Source of the DNA: Eledone cirrhosa
Taxonomy: Eukaryota
Assembly: GCA_964016885.1 (NCBI GenBank)
Contig: OZ024743.1
Coordinates: 37,262,001 to 37,326,000, forward strand
DNA: 64,000 nucleotides
Reading direction: 5' to 3'
The notes beneath the pieces were generated by a model. That model did not search any database. It was not told the DNA's origin and worked only from the letters and a program-made list of their open reading frames with translations. Position 1 is the first letter of the stretch; each line of letters opens with the position of its first letter. This document shows positions 44,401-57,107 of the stretch, piece after piece. The position numbers were made by a program, and so were the translations under genes.

Positions 44401-45361
44401 AGCAGGTAAAAGTAACTGCAAAGAAAGAACTGCTACAGAAACTGGCTAAGAAATGGCAAGAAAAGCCTCTGTATGGAAAATACCCAGAAAGAGCTAACAA
44501 TCCTGATGTTGACAAAACTTTAACCCATCAGTGGTTGGCATCCTCTGGACTGAAATCGGAGACTGAAGGACTGATTATATCAGCACAAGATCAGTGTCTG
44601 CCAACAAAAAATTACCAAGCCAACATAATAAAAAATAGATGCAGCCCATTATGCCGTGTATGCAAAAAACAACCAGAGACCATTGACCATATAATTTCAA
44701 TGTGCAGTCCTATAGCTCCAACCAAATACCTAAACAGGCATGACAGAGCTGCACAATACATACATTGGATAATGTGTAAGCATTTTGACCTGCTCCATCA
44801 AAAGAATTGGTGGGAGCATCAACCACCTCCCATACTTGAAAAAGATCACATCTCAATCTTGTGGAAATTTACCATCCAAACAGACCGAAAAATAGATGCA
44901 AATAGACCTGATATAATATTGAAGGACTTTAAAAAGAGGGTATGCCTGCTAATTGATATGTCGGTTCCGATAGACAAGAATGTATCTATAAAAACATTTG
45001 AAAAATTGAGCAAGTATAAGGACCTGGAGATAGAAATTGGAAAAATGTGGAAATTGAGAACTAAAACAATACCAGTGGTTGTAGGCGCTCTGGGAATGAT
45101 ACCTAAGGGGTCTAATGATTACTTATCGCAAATCCCAGGAAACCCGCGTATAGGAGAAATACAAAAGATAGTACTAATGGGAACTGCCCATATACTAAGG
45201 AAGATTCTGTCAATATAAGTACATCACAAGTCTAAACACTAAAGATGCATGTGTGAGTATGTATGTTCTTTCTTGAACATGGCGGACCTTGTTGTCTCTT
45301 GAGGTCACTGGTTGTGACTTGGTGATAACTCGTATGAACATAAAGCAAGATAAATGCAACT

Positions 45362-45448
<87 letters not shown>
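41412..45448 (+). mobile_element. Near full-length R4/Dong retrotransposon (frameshifted), (TAA)n tail
   Basis: ORF remnants 41590-45218: KNYRPITCL, EQKGC, DYKKAFDS, GIFQGDSLSP, FYMDDLKL, CRVCKKQPETIDH, NRPDII, IPVVVGALG. (TAA)n at 45363-45448. Confidence 0.95.
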
Positions 45449-45449
<1 letters not shown>

Positions 45450-45789
45450 GAAAGAATGCTAAATAATCCTTGAAATAAAAGAAAACTAGTTCGATTCATT
45501 TCTTTGTAATGTTTATCTTACTGGGAGTGTTTACCACAATAGCAACTAGAATGGTGATATATATATTAGAGAATAACAAGCTAGTATAAAGAAACTCTAT
45601 GTTGCTTGTATGCATAAACTCAGAGTATACAGGAACAAGACCGGAGGCGTCGTTAGCACAGTAAATGATGGCATGAAGAAAATACATATGTATGCTTAGT
45701 ATTAATATGCATATGTGTATTTGTATGTATATATATATATATGTGTGTATTTATATGTATATATATATAATACATTATAAAGAAAGAAG

Positions 45790-46411
45790 AAACATTAGAC
45801 ATAATATAAAAAAAATATAATATACCTAAATTCCTTCATTATCCACGACTACGTAGTTTCGTGGCTACTTTGCAAAAACATTACATCATAGAGATGCAGT
45901 ATTTTGTGAAGTTTGCCAACTTGTCAAGAGAATACCTCAAAACACGTCCGTGGATTTATATTTGAGATAGAATCCCGAAAGGCGGTGGGGGAACTTATCA
46001 CGTGATACAGCGGTCAAGAAACAGAGTTAAGCCTCTTACAACCAAGAGAAAAATACCACAAAAGGCAGAGGAGGTATTTATATCAAGGCCATAGACGAGC
46101 TGGGTAGGAAGTGTAGTGACTGCTATAAAGCTTACACTACCCACACTTCTCACCCTCCTAGCCAACTCGTCTATGGCCTTGACATAAATACCTCCTCCAC
46201 CTTTTGTGGTATTTTTCTCTTGGTTGTAAGAGGCTTAACTCTGTTTCTTGACCGCTGTATCACGTGATAAGTTCCCCCTCCGCCTTTCGGGATTCTATCT
46301 CGCGTCTTACGGACGTGTTTTGAGGTATTCTCTTGATAAGTCGGCAAACCTCATAAAAATACAGCGTCTCTATGGTGTAATGTTTTTGCAAAGTAGCCAC
46401 GAAACTACGTA
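45790..46411. mobile_element. Fold-back mini-element with U3-A8 HHR (45841-45933 minus; truncated copy 46327-46411 plus)
   Basis: Arms ~45851-46108 and ~46156-46410. Motif attctc-TTGA(C/T)AA-gt.ggc..gccac-GAAA-CTACGTAG-TC^-gtggat. Confidence 0.75.
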
Positions 46412-46578
46412 TATATTATATAGCTCTAATATTGAATCAATCTAATCCATTCAGATTATTTTGTCTCTATTATTCATAGAGCAACAACGGTTAAGGTTGG
46501 CACCACACAAATTCAAGGATATATGTGGGTATATGCATGTATATGTTTGTATTCGCATGTGTCTGTGTATTTCTTTGT

Positions 46579-46667
<89 letters not shown>

Positions 46668-46796
46668 ATGTGTGTGTGTATCTATATGTATATATATGGA
46701 TGTATTAATATTCACGATCATGGATTTATATTTTATTAATTTTACTGGATTCAGTCATTAGAATGCATGAATCTAGACACGCACACACATACACAC

Positions 46797-46872
<76 letters not shown>

Positions 46873-47311
46873 GCGATATTAACACATTTTGAACTACTTA
46901 ACCTCAATGACAGTGCTTGTAAATAACATTATTTTTTTTCCACATTGACTTTTTACGTTCCACATTATGCACGTTTTTTTTTCTTTTTCTTTTTTCTTTT
47001 CACTTCTTAAACCTTGTTTGTATATAACATTATTCTTTTTGCACCTTCTGTTTAACATGTGCGACACCACACTAATACATTTCACTATCATTTGATAATG
47101 CATATAAATGCTGAAACCGGTAATAGACAATAATTAAATATATAAATAGATAAATAAATGCCATTGTTAAATAATAAATAAATCAACTCACTTCACACAA
47201 AGTAAAACATTTCGTTTTAATCATTTTCTAACCCAGAAAAAAGAGAGAGAGAAACAAAAAGGAAAAATAAATATTTTTCTTCCTCATAATCGTCTCTTTC
47301 TCCCTGTTTTC

Positions 47312-47343
<32 letters not shown>

Positions 47344-47519
47344 ATGTGTGTGTAATATATATGTATGTATCTATGTGTATGCGTGCGTGTATATATACAT
47401 ATACATATTCAATATAGTTGTGCGTTAGGTGTGTTTTTCACAAGACGTTTACTTCAACATGTCAATCTTTTATTCGTTTATCTTTTAACTTTCTTATTTC
47501 TTCTAACATGAAACAATAA

Positions 47520-47795
47520 TATTTTTTGGCCCTCCCCATCTCTCCGTATGGCGAGCAAATGGGGTCCCACGTGATGGCCTCCCCACAGTCCCGGCGGACA
47601 GAATGGAGAAGGCGTTTCCCCGGAGGATAGTAAGGGAGATGCGCTGGAAGAGCCATTCCAACTCGCGAGGCTCACACCTGCGGCTGGCGAGCTTAGCGCC
47701 TATGGTGGTGAGTAGGGAGGTAGCCCTAGGGCAAAGGACACCAGAAGTCTCCACTGCCAATCGTACGACCGCAAACCTGTCGGAGAGCGACCGGT
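47520..47795 (-). mobile_element. CRE-clade 3' fragment (REL endonuclease end)
   Basis: AVETSGVL..REL EWLFQRISLTILRGNAFSIL. Confidence 0.8.
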
Positions 47796-48171
47796 ATATT
47801 TTTAAAAGGCACGATATATGTCAGGAAAAACAAAAACTATCAAGAAGTGACTTCGGGAATTGAAACTTGCTTGTGCGGTATAACGGACAACTGCATAGAT
47901 CACTGGAATAATTGCTGGCCTTGTGCCAAAAGTAGAAACAATTATCATATATATACTAATACGGAGCACACCTATAGATTTTTAACCAGCATTGTATGCA
48001 ATAGCCACAAGCCAGACTATGTGCCGCAGGATTTAGCTTTGTAAGCAGTTACCTCTGGATTCAGCCCTGGTGCGTAGCACCTAGGGCAAGTCACTTCTAT
48101 CAGCCTTGAAAATATAAATACTGCCGGTCCCTCACTATGGCCTTAGTCTAATGACTAACATAAGTAAAATA

Positions 48172-48241
48172 ATCGTTTCTGATTTTGGCACAAGGCCAGC
48201 AATTTTGGGGCAGGGGAAAGTTGATTAAATCAACCCCAGTG
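48172..48241 (-). mobile_element. SINE 3' fragment
   Basis: gtttctgattttggcacaaggccagcaattttgggg..ccccagtg. Confidence 0.7.
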
Positions 48242-48269
48242 TATGTATGTATGTATGTATGTATGTATG

Positions 48270-49300
48270 TTTTCTCTTTCTCTTAATTTCGAGTATATTT
48301 TTTTGACCGGCCACCTTCCTGGTGGCAAGGTTGTAAAAGAAAAGAAATTGTCATCCCTTGAATCGCAAGAATGTTTTGCATATTTTGAAGGTGCCAGCTA
48401 TCGCAGCCATTTGTAGACTATGAATTAGGGAGCTGCGCTTTTTGTCCGCAAATCCAAGTTCGGTCATACTTTGGTCCAAGCGGGTTGGTATATAACCCGT
48501 AGCACCAATAATGATGGGTATGAAGCTAAAGGTGTATCTTGGATACTGGATTTGTAAGCTCCTCATCAATGGTCCGTAGATGTCCTCCTTCTCCTGTATT
48601 TTTCTGACAACGTTTACATCAAGTGGGCAGCTGATCTCCACAACAGAACACGTTTTCAATGTGTGGTCCCAAACTACAATATCAGGCCGGTTGTGCTTTA
48701 ATTTGGTGGCAGTTTTTATTTTCAGGTTCCACCAGTATTCCTTAGTGCCATCTGTCTCAATATATTCTTCCTCGTTTGTTGTTAATTTTGTTTTCCGAAG
48801 TGCGTTCCAGATAGTTCTAGCTATCCCATCGTGTCTCATGGGGAGGTAGTAGCGAGATGACATTCTTTCGCAGCTGGCAACAATGTGGCTTACATCCTCG
48901 ATCTTTGTTTTACATAGCCTACATTTATTGTCAGCTGCTGGCCCTCCTCTTTTGTGCAGCAGATATTTGGTAGGGAGTTCTTGTTCCTGTATTGCATAGA
49001 GATATCCCTCAAGGTGTGATGTCATAAACTTGTCGGAACTCCATGCCAGGCTTTTTGAGTGGTTTATCCCCTCTATGGTCTGTGTTTTACGCCTCAAGTA
49101 TCCATGCACAACTTTCTCTGTAAATTGGTCAATTTTTTTTTCTTGTTTGAACATTGAATAGGATCTTCCGATTTCTCTGGGTGAGAGATTTATATCAGGC
49201 TTTATTCCATATCTCTCCTCCAGATCAGTCGCTATTCTAATGATATTTCTTTTTTCATGCTCATAAACCTGAGCAAGATGGTCGCCAACCTTTTTCCTCT
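48270..49300 (-). mobile_element. 5'-truncated R4-clade retrotransposon inside (TATG)n
   Basis: AIQEQELPT, CRLCKTKIEDVSHIVASC, HNRPDIVVWD, VEISCPLD, IPIIIGATG. (TATG)n on both flanks. Confidence 0.92.
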
Positions 49301-49313
49301 GTATGTATGTATG

Positions 49314-49344
<31 letters not shown>

Positions 49345-49350
49345 GTACGT

Positions 49351-49560
49351 ATGTTCTTCTGGTTTTATAATTTCACAAATATTTAGCAATAGAGAGAGAA
49401 AGTCTCACATAAACACAAGACTCTGATTGGAATTTACACAACATCAACTAGGTAGATATGTATGAATGTCTGTATGCATGCATGTGTAGATATGGATATT
49501 ATTGTATGTGTGGATGTGTATGTTTTGAGTTGTATGTGTGCATGTGTATATGCTTAGTAT
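49351..49560 (-). mobile_element. 3' end of a second (CATA)n-tailed element; other copies at 55985-56112 (+) and 62148-62370 (-)
   Basis: Shared gttcttctggttttataatttc..caagactc..ggaattta..atcaactaggt next to (TATG)n. Confidence 0.6.
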
Positions 49561-49721
49561 CTGTACATATGTATATGCAGTTTTTGCATATTTTGCATAT
49601 TTGTATATGCAACATTTTTGGAATGTTTTACATACATTTACTGTTCATGGATTGTACATGTATGTATGTACGTATGTATATATGTATGTATATTATATGT
49701 ATTATATGTATGTATATCATG

Positions 49722-51250
49722 TTTCCCTTTCTCTTAATTTGAAATACATTTTTGACCGGCCACCTTCCTGGTGGCAAGGTTGTAAAAGAAAAGAAATAGT
49801 CATTCCTTGAATCGCAAGAATGTTTTGCAAATTTTGAAGGTGCCATCTATCGCGGCCCTTTGTAGTCTATGAATTAGGGAGCTGCGCTCTTTGTCCACAA
49901 ATCCAAGTTCACTTATACTTTGGTCCAAGCGGCTTGGTATATAACTTGTAGCTCCAATAATGGGTATGAAACTAACGGTGTCTGTTGGATACTGGATCTG
50001 CAAACTCTTCATCACTGGTCCGTAGATGTCCTCCTTCTCTTGTATTTTTCTTACAACGTTGACATCAAATGAACAGCTGATCTCTACAACAGAGCACGTT
50101 TTCAATGTGTGGTCCCAAACAACACTATTGTATTTGTTGGTGACAGTTTTTATTTTCAGGCTCCTCCAGTATTTTTTAGTGCCAACTATCTCAACATATT
50201 CCTCCGCATTTGTTTTTAATTGTTTTCCTAAGTGCGTTCCAGATGGTTCTAGCTATCACATCGTGTCTCATAGAGGGGGGTTATTAAGGAGACGACATTC
50301 TTTATCAGTTGGCAACAATGTGGCTAATAACTTCGATCCCTGTTTTACATAGCTTACATTTATTGTCAACTGAAGGCCCTCCTTTTTTGTGTAGCAGATA
50401 TTTGGTAGGGATTTCTTGTTCCTGTATTGCATAGAGATATCTTTCAAGGTTGGATGTTATAAACTTGTCGGAATTCCATACCAGGCTTTTTGAACGATTT
50501 ATCCCCTCTATGGTATGTGGTATGAGTTTGCACAACTTTCTCTGAAAAAGGCTCCATTTTTTTTATCTTGTTCGAACATTGAATAGGATCTTCCAATTTC
50601 CCTGGAAGAGAGATTTTTATCAGGCCTTATTCCATATCTCTCCTCCAGATCAGTGGCTATCCTAATGATGTTATTTCCTTCATGCTCATAAACCTGAGCA
50701 AGATGGTTGTTAAGCTTTTTCTTCTGTTGAAGATGTTGCTTCAGTGTTACTATTCGGGTTTCGTATGATGTTAATATGGATTTTAGACCTCGGCCACCTT
50801 CCTTGCGTGAGAAGTATAGCCTATCCATACCACATTTCATGTTAAAGTTTCCAGTAACACTGAAAAGCATGTGAGTTCATACATTCATCTCACTTAGTTC
50901 TTGCAATGACCAGTTCAGCAGACCAAATGTTGGCGTTAGTATTGGCACAGCATAAGTATTGTGCGTAATGTATTTTTTGTGGGGTGATAGTTCTAATGAC
51001 TATATTTTCTTTACTCTCCTGAGGCATTCAGTCTGGTTCTCTCCTTATTTAAACCGCATCATGTCTGACATTCTCATCCTGTCCAAGATACCTGTTGTCA
51101 CCTGACTGTAGAGTTGTATTGTAAAGCCGTTCATCTGTAGATTTCTATAGGAGGGCACATCCCTTCCACGTTTTACTGTCAAATATGCAAATTTTGACTC
51201 ACCAAATTTCATTCTGATGTCTGCAGAAAATTGTATAATGAGGTCCAATA
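49722..51250 (-). mobile_element. Older, diverged copy of the same R4-clade family
   Basis: Same 3' UTR; DRLYFSRKEGGRGL, AIQEQEIPT, MKFGESK. Confidence 0.9.
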
Positions 51251-51252
51251 TG

Positions 51253-51348
<96 letters not shown>

Positions 51349-51479
51349 AATCAAAATGTCGGAAGATTGAGGATTTCTATACAAATCTATGTAATAACAT
51401 AGCAACATAGAGTCACACACACACACACACACACCAATATATATATATATATATGTATATATACGTGTATATTTATATT

Positions 51480-51607
<128 letters not shown>

Positions 51608-51834
51608 TATATACAAATATTATGTTGTTTAATATGCATCTTTCCGCCGTGCATTGTAGTGTCACTATTATCCAATCCCAACCTTATGCATGATATTGGA
51701 TTACCCAGTGGCTGCCCAACGAGAAAGATAAAAGATCTTCTTTTATCCCACGTGTTTCGTTTTCTTCTAGCGCAAGTTTGCTACAGACACAGACACACAC
51801 GCACACACACACATACACACACATACACACACAT

Positions 51835-51907
<73 letters not shown>

Positions 51908-51996
51908 TAAGTATGTATGTATATATTTATATTTATATATATATATATATATTATACACACACATATATATATATATATTATATATATGTATATAT

Positions 51997-52042
<46 letters not shown>

Positions 52043-52043
52043 G

Positions 52044-52074
<31 letters not shown>

Positions 52075-52143
52075 ATATGCACACAAACACACACACACAT
52101 ACACACATATATATATATATGTATACATAAGTATGTATGTATA

Positions 52144-52179
<36 letters not shown>

Positions 52180-52534
52180 AACACACACACACACACACAT
52201 ATATATATTCATATATATTGTTGATATAGTTCTTGTTATTGTCACTGTATACAGAAATATTTATTGCAGCTGCACTTCCGAAAGAGATAGAGGAGAGCAA
52301 CAGTTGAATATATGCAGAAGTGACAAGTGAAATAGGAATAAGCACAGAAACATCCTTTGCTGCTTTAATGAAATCAGAATTCGTTATTACACCTGCACAA
52401 CCTATTATTCCTACCTCCTACTCCAACCAGTTCCTCCTCCATCTCCTCCTCTACCTTCCTCTTTCATCATTTTCCTCGTTCTCGTCTATCTCCTCCTTCT
52501 TTCCCCCATGTCCCCAATGCCATCGACGCCGCCG

Positions 52535-52572
52535 CCGCTGCTGCTACTGCTATTATGCTACTACTACTACTG

Positions 52573-52627
<55 letters not shown>

Positions 52628-52629
52628 CG

Positions 52630-52724
<95 letters not shown>

Positions 52725-52749
52725 GCTACTGCTGCTGCTGCTGCTGCTG

Positions 52750-52825
<76 letters not shown>

Positions 52826-52835
52826 CACCACCATA
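52535..52835. repeat. (CTA)n/(CTG)n/(CCA)n compound microsatellite
   Basis: Direct reading. Confidence 0.95.
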
Positions 52836-52923
52836 AACACCATCACCAGTTTGGTTTGGAAGTGTCTCAGTGCTCTTTAAAAGCGAGGCCGAAGCAAAGA
52901 AGTATTCATAACCTTCTCTTCTT

Positions 52924-52955
<32 letters not shown>

Positions 52956-52956
52956 G

Positions 52957-52991
<35 letters not shown>

Positions 52992-52992
<1 letters not shown>

Positions 52993-53256
52993 ACATAAGA
53001 AACGGAGAATCAGTGGTGCTACGAATAAGATTTATTAGACATTTTACAATCGTTTCTCTGTCGACCAGCTTGAGGCACGATCGATGCAATGATCAAATCT
53101 GACTTTGAAATCGCAAGATCCTCTGATATGTCTCGATTCTACGAAGCAGAGTTTCCACTGATTCTCCGTTTCTTATGTGATATTATACTCTGCTCTCTAA
53201 GAGCATCGAGTGCTCAAACGGCATACCGCTTATGGACGCTTTAAGCATCCCACACC

Positions 53257-53260
<4 letters not shown>
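52992..53260. mobile_element. pLTR-like mini-insertion with 24-bp inverted arm in (TA)n
   Basis: acataagaaacggagaatcagtgg / ccactgattctccgtttcttatgt. The minus strand has an HHR 3' half, GAAA-CGATTG-TA. Confidence 0.55.
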
Positions 53261-53312
<52 letters not shown>

Positions 53313-54059
53313 GGAAAAAATGAGACGAAATTTCATTTTTCACTCACACTTAGTACGGCTGTTACTTAAATATAAGTATGTATACGTACATACATATATG
53401 TATACAGACGTACAGTAGTATGTATATATATATACATACATGCACACATATATATATATATGTACGTATGGATTTACCGAACATTTATTATAATACTCGG
53501 TTTGTTTGTAAACAAACATCCCGAACGGAGGCTGCTAAACACTGTACGGTTTAATTCGGGATGTTTTAATAATATATAGATTTTAATAATATATAGATCT
53601 CAATTTTAATGTATAGATCTCAATAATTTAATTGATAATTTAATTGATAAACTAAATATTTAATCATATTTAAACACTGGTAAAATTCTCCAGTTATTAT
53701 TATTTATTTATTTTCTATTCACGCTTATTTACTCTTCCTAACTCATCCAATAAATACGTATTTTTTCACTTCATCTTAAAAGTTACGCTAATACAGCAAC
53801 CTATCATTTAGGGCTTTCTCTTTCTCTTTCTCTTTCTTTTTTCTTTTTTCTTCTCTTTCTCTTTCTCTTGTTTTCTTATTTTCCTCTTAGAGTTTGCTCT
53901 TTTTTCTCGTTTTTTCTTTTTTTCTCTTTCTTTTCTTTCCCTTTTTTCCATACCCCAACCGCTTATTTTAAATCTACTGTGATTTAAACATATCCGACAC
54001 TAATTTGCATAATAGACTAAATAAATTTAATAACCCCACTATCCGGGAGCTCAACAGAA

Positions 54060-54312
54060 ATGGTCGCATTCTTTAAGGGTATGTCAATATTTATTTATAA
54101 AACTGATCTATATTATATTTTATCTGATGAAAGCACACCATAATTTAACTTGGTGTCCTTGAAATATGTATAATGAAATAAATATGGTTTTATAAATATA
54201 GTTTCCATTTGTTAATATATCGTATTTTTACTCCAATAATTTGTTGAGTGCTTTATATCAGTTATAAAAATATTTGCTTGTTGTATCCCAACAATTTAAA
54301 TAGAACTTCTAC
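54060..54312 (+). mobile_element. Family A pLTR with HHR (54116-54180), preceded by a pyrimidine-rich UTR-like stretch
   Basis: tattttat-CTGATGA-aagcACACCA..TGGTGTcctt-GAAA-TATGTA-TA^-atgaaata. Confidence 0.75.
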
Positions 54313-54386
54313 ATATATATATATATATTCAGTCCAGAATTAGCTGTCGAAACGGCATGAGCTCAGCCGTCGGGGTCTTACTTGTT

Positions 54387-54440
<54 letters not shown>

Positions 54441-54961
54441 TTTCCTCTGTGGGGAAGAAACTCGATGTTTTTCTCCCGAGACTACAGGCGCTATAACATA
54501 GAGATGTACACATATAGAGGCGTATAGACATCACATCCAAACAGATATGTAATAATGCTCATTGGCATTATGATTTAAAAAAATATTGACATTCAGGCGT
54601 GTACACACACATACATACAGACATAGACATAAGCACATACATAGATATAAACAAATACACACATATACTTATACAGAGACCTAAATACACTCTTACGTAC
54701 ATACAACGTATATGACACTAAGTATACAACAAATATAGACAAAAATCACATATACGGGTACACAAATACATAGATGTATACAGACACATACGTAAACATA
54801 TATTTCTTCACGCACCTATACATGCATACAATAAAGCACATCCCTCCACAAATACAAATATACGCTTGCATAGCCACATACTCACATACAGTGACACGAA
54901 CACATAAACATACATACATCTATTGGGATAGAAAAAAAGAAATGCATACGCACTTACGTAA

Positions 54962-55090
54962 ATTGAAATATATACACATATATGCGTGCGTACATAAACA
55001 TATGCTCACATACACGGATACATACAGGTACACATACACACGTAAACAAATTCACGAATGCCTATACAGGCATACATGCAGAAACATCCA

Positions 55091-55148
<58 letters not shown>

Positions 55149-55273
55149 TGGATGTTTCTGCATGTATGCCTGTATAGGCATTCGTGAATTTGTTTACGTG
55201 TGTATGTGTACCTGTATGTATCCGTGTATGTGAGCATATGTTTATGTACGCATATATGTGTATATATTTCAAT
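54962..55273. repeat. Near-perfect palindrome (~130-bp arms) centred on (TA)n
   Basis: 54962-55093 is the reverse complement of 55145-55273, apart from a 4-nt indel. Confidence 0.92.
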
Positions 55274-55371
55274 ATATATATGTGTGTGTGTGTATATTTA
55301 TATATATATATATAAATATGTATAAAAGTGTATATATATATGTATATATATATATATATATACATATATAT

Positions 55372-55509
55372 TAGTCCAGAATTAGCCGTCGAAACGGCTT
55401 GAGCTCAGCTGTCGGGGTCTTACTGGTTCCTATTACACACTCTACTACCTCAAGTATTGAGTACTTTGGTGCGTTATGGTCCACCTGGTTCCTTACCACA
55501 TTTCCTTCG

Positions 55510-55512
<3 letters not shown>
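55372..55512 (+). repeat. Short (TA)n-inserted repeat, partial copy at 54330-54390
   Basis: agtccagaattagc.gtcgaaacggc.tgagctcagc.gtcggggtcttact.gttcctat. Confidence 0.7.
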
Positions 55513-55552
<40 letters not shown>

Positions 55553-55559
55553 CATGCAA

Positions 55560-55608
<49 letters not shown>

Positions 55609-56955
55609 CAAACATTCATATCCATCCATACATATGTACATACATGCATACAAACATATACACATGTCTGATAAATATAGAATCATATCTAAATCAAGTG
55701 AAATGAAATTCTTAGAAAATGTAGAAAATCTCAGAAGCATAAAATAACTGAACAGTTGATTGATATAAATAATAACCTGGAAAATCGGGTAAAATATCCC
55801 TATATGTAGAAAAAAGTGGCCCGCAGCCTTTCCAGAGGACCGAACTCTGTACCTCTCAAATTCCGACTGAAGAACATATATATGTGCACATATAAACACA
55901 AAAATACAGATTCTCAGATGTATTGACACCTATACATGCACCCTCACACTTACACATGCGCACACAGATACAGGGGCAAACACAGACAATCACCTAGTTG
56001 ATCTTATCTAAATTCCAACAAAAGAGTCTTGTTTCTGTGTTTGAAACCGGCACTGTCTCTCTCTATTGGCAAGAAATTAAAATGATATAACCAGAACATA
56101 CATACATACACATACAGAAAACTATGCACAAACATAGTCATATATTTACCTACACGCGGACATTTCACACACAAACATATTTACATAAACATTCATATAG
56201 CTGCCCTCTTATATACACATAAAAATAGACATGCACACACGCGTACGCAATCACGACAGGACGTATACAATATATATTCATATATCAGTGTTAAAAGTGA
56301 TATTATTTCCAACTAATCTTTTTGTTTACCAGTTTCAGACGCACCTTTTACTTTGTAAAACAGTCCAAAATCAATATGACCACATATCATTTAATGTCTT
56401 CAATCTTTGCCGCGTACGTCACTTTATGTATTATTTAGACTTCTGGCATGTCTGGTCCTTTCTAATACAGTAAATTCTAATACAATAAATTCTAATACAG
56501 TAACTTATTGAATAATGGTCTAATAGGTCTGGAGTATATGTCCGTTAATGTTGAAAGTCCATTAACACTTCTGATACCCAACTGCCTGAAAGAGGCCATA
56601 GTTCTATGATACAAAGCTGTTTATTCTAAATTGTTTACATTTATCTAAAAACCTTCTACCATGATTTTATGTTGGGAAGGACATTTGTTATGTTATGCTC
56701 CTAACACCAGCTTAATAATGAGAAAGTTAGTCATATTACTAAATACCCACAAATTCTTGATTATTTTCAGAATTATTTAAAAATTACACGTTATGTCTTT
56801 TATAAACCGAAAATAGCATAGGGACCATTTCCATTGATTTTAATGTAAAAAATACGTTTTAATACATCGTACGTCGGTGCACAAAATCCAAATTGTTTAA
56901 TCTTAAGTTCTTTTTTCTTGTTTTTAAATCAAACATTCCTATTTTCATCAGTAAT

Positions 56956-57095
56956 AATTGTTTCTACTTTTGGCACAAGGCCAGCAATTACCCAGTGCAT
57001 TACTGGTACTTTATTTTATCGACCCGGATAAAAGGCAAAGTTAACCTCAATGGCATTTGAATTCACTCCGTAAAGGGACGTAACTATGCTGGAAA
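56956..57095 (-). mobile_element. Nin-domain SINE, 5'-truncated
   Basis: Reverse complement of the 31770-31945 family. Confidence 0.85.
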
Positions 57096-57107
57096 GTAAT
57101 AATGTAT

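Noticed and set aside
48117-48140. Twister-ribozyme-like ACTGCCGGTCCC
   Set aside because: The remaining twister elements (AAGCCCGG, pseudoknot partners) are absent; it lies beside a decayed SINE-like segment.
52225-52395. Possible minus-strand exon [20 protein letters not shown]
   Set aside because: Weak acceptor, no clear donor and no confident homology; needs RNA-seq.
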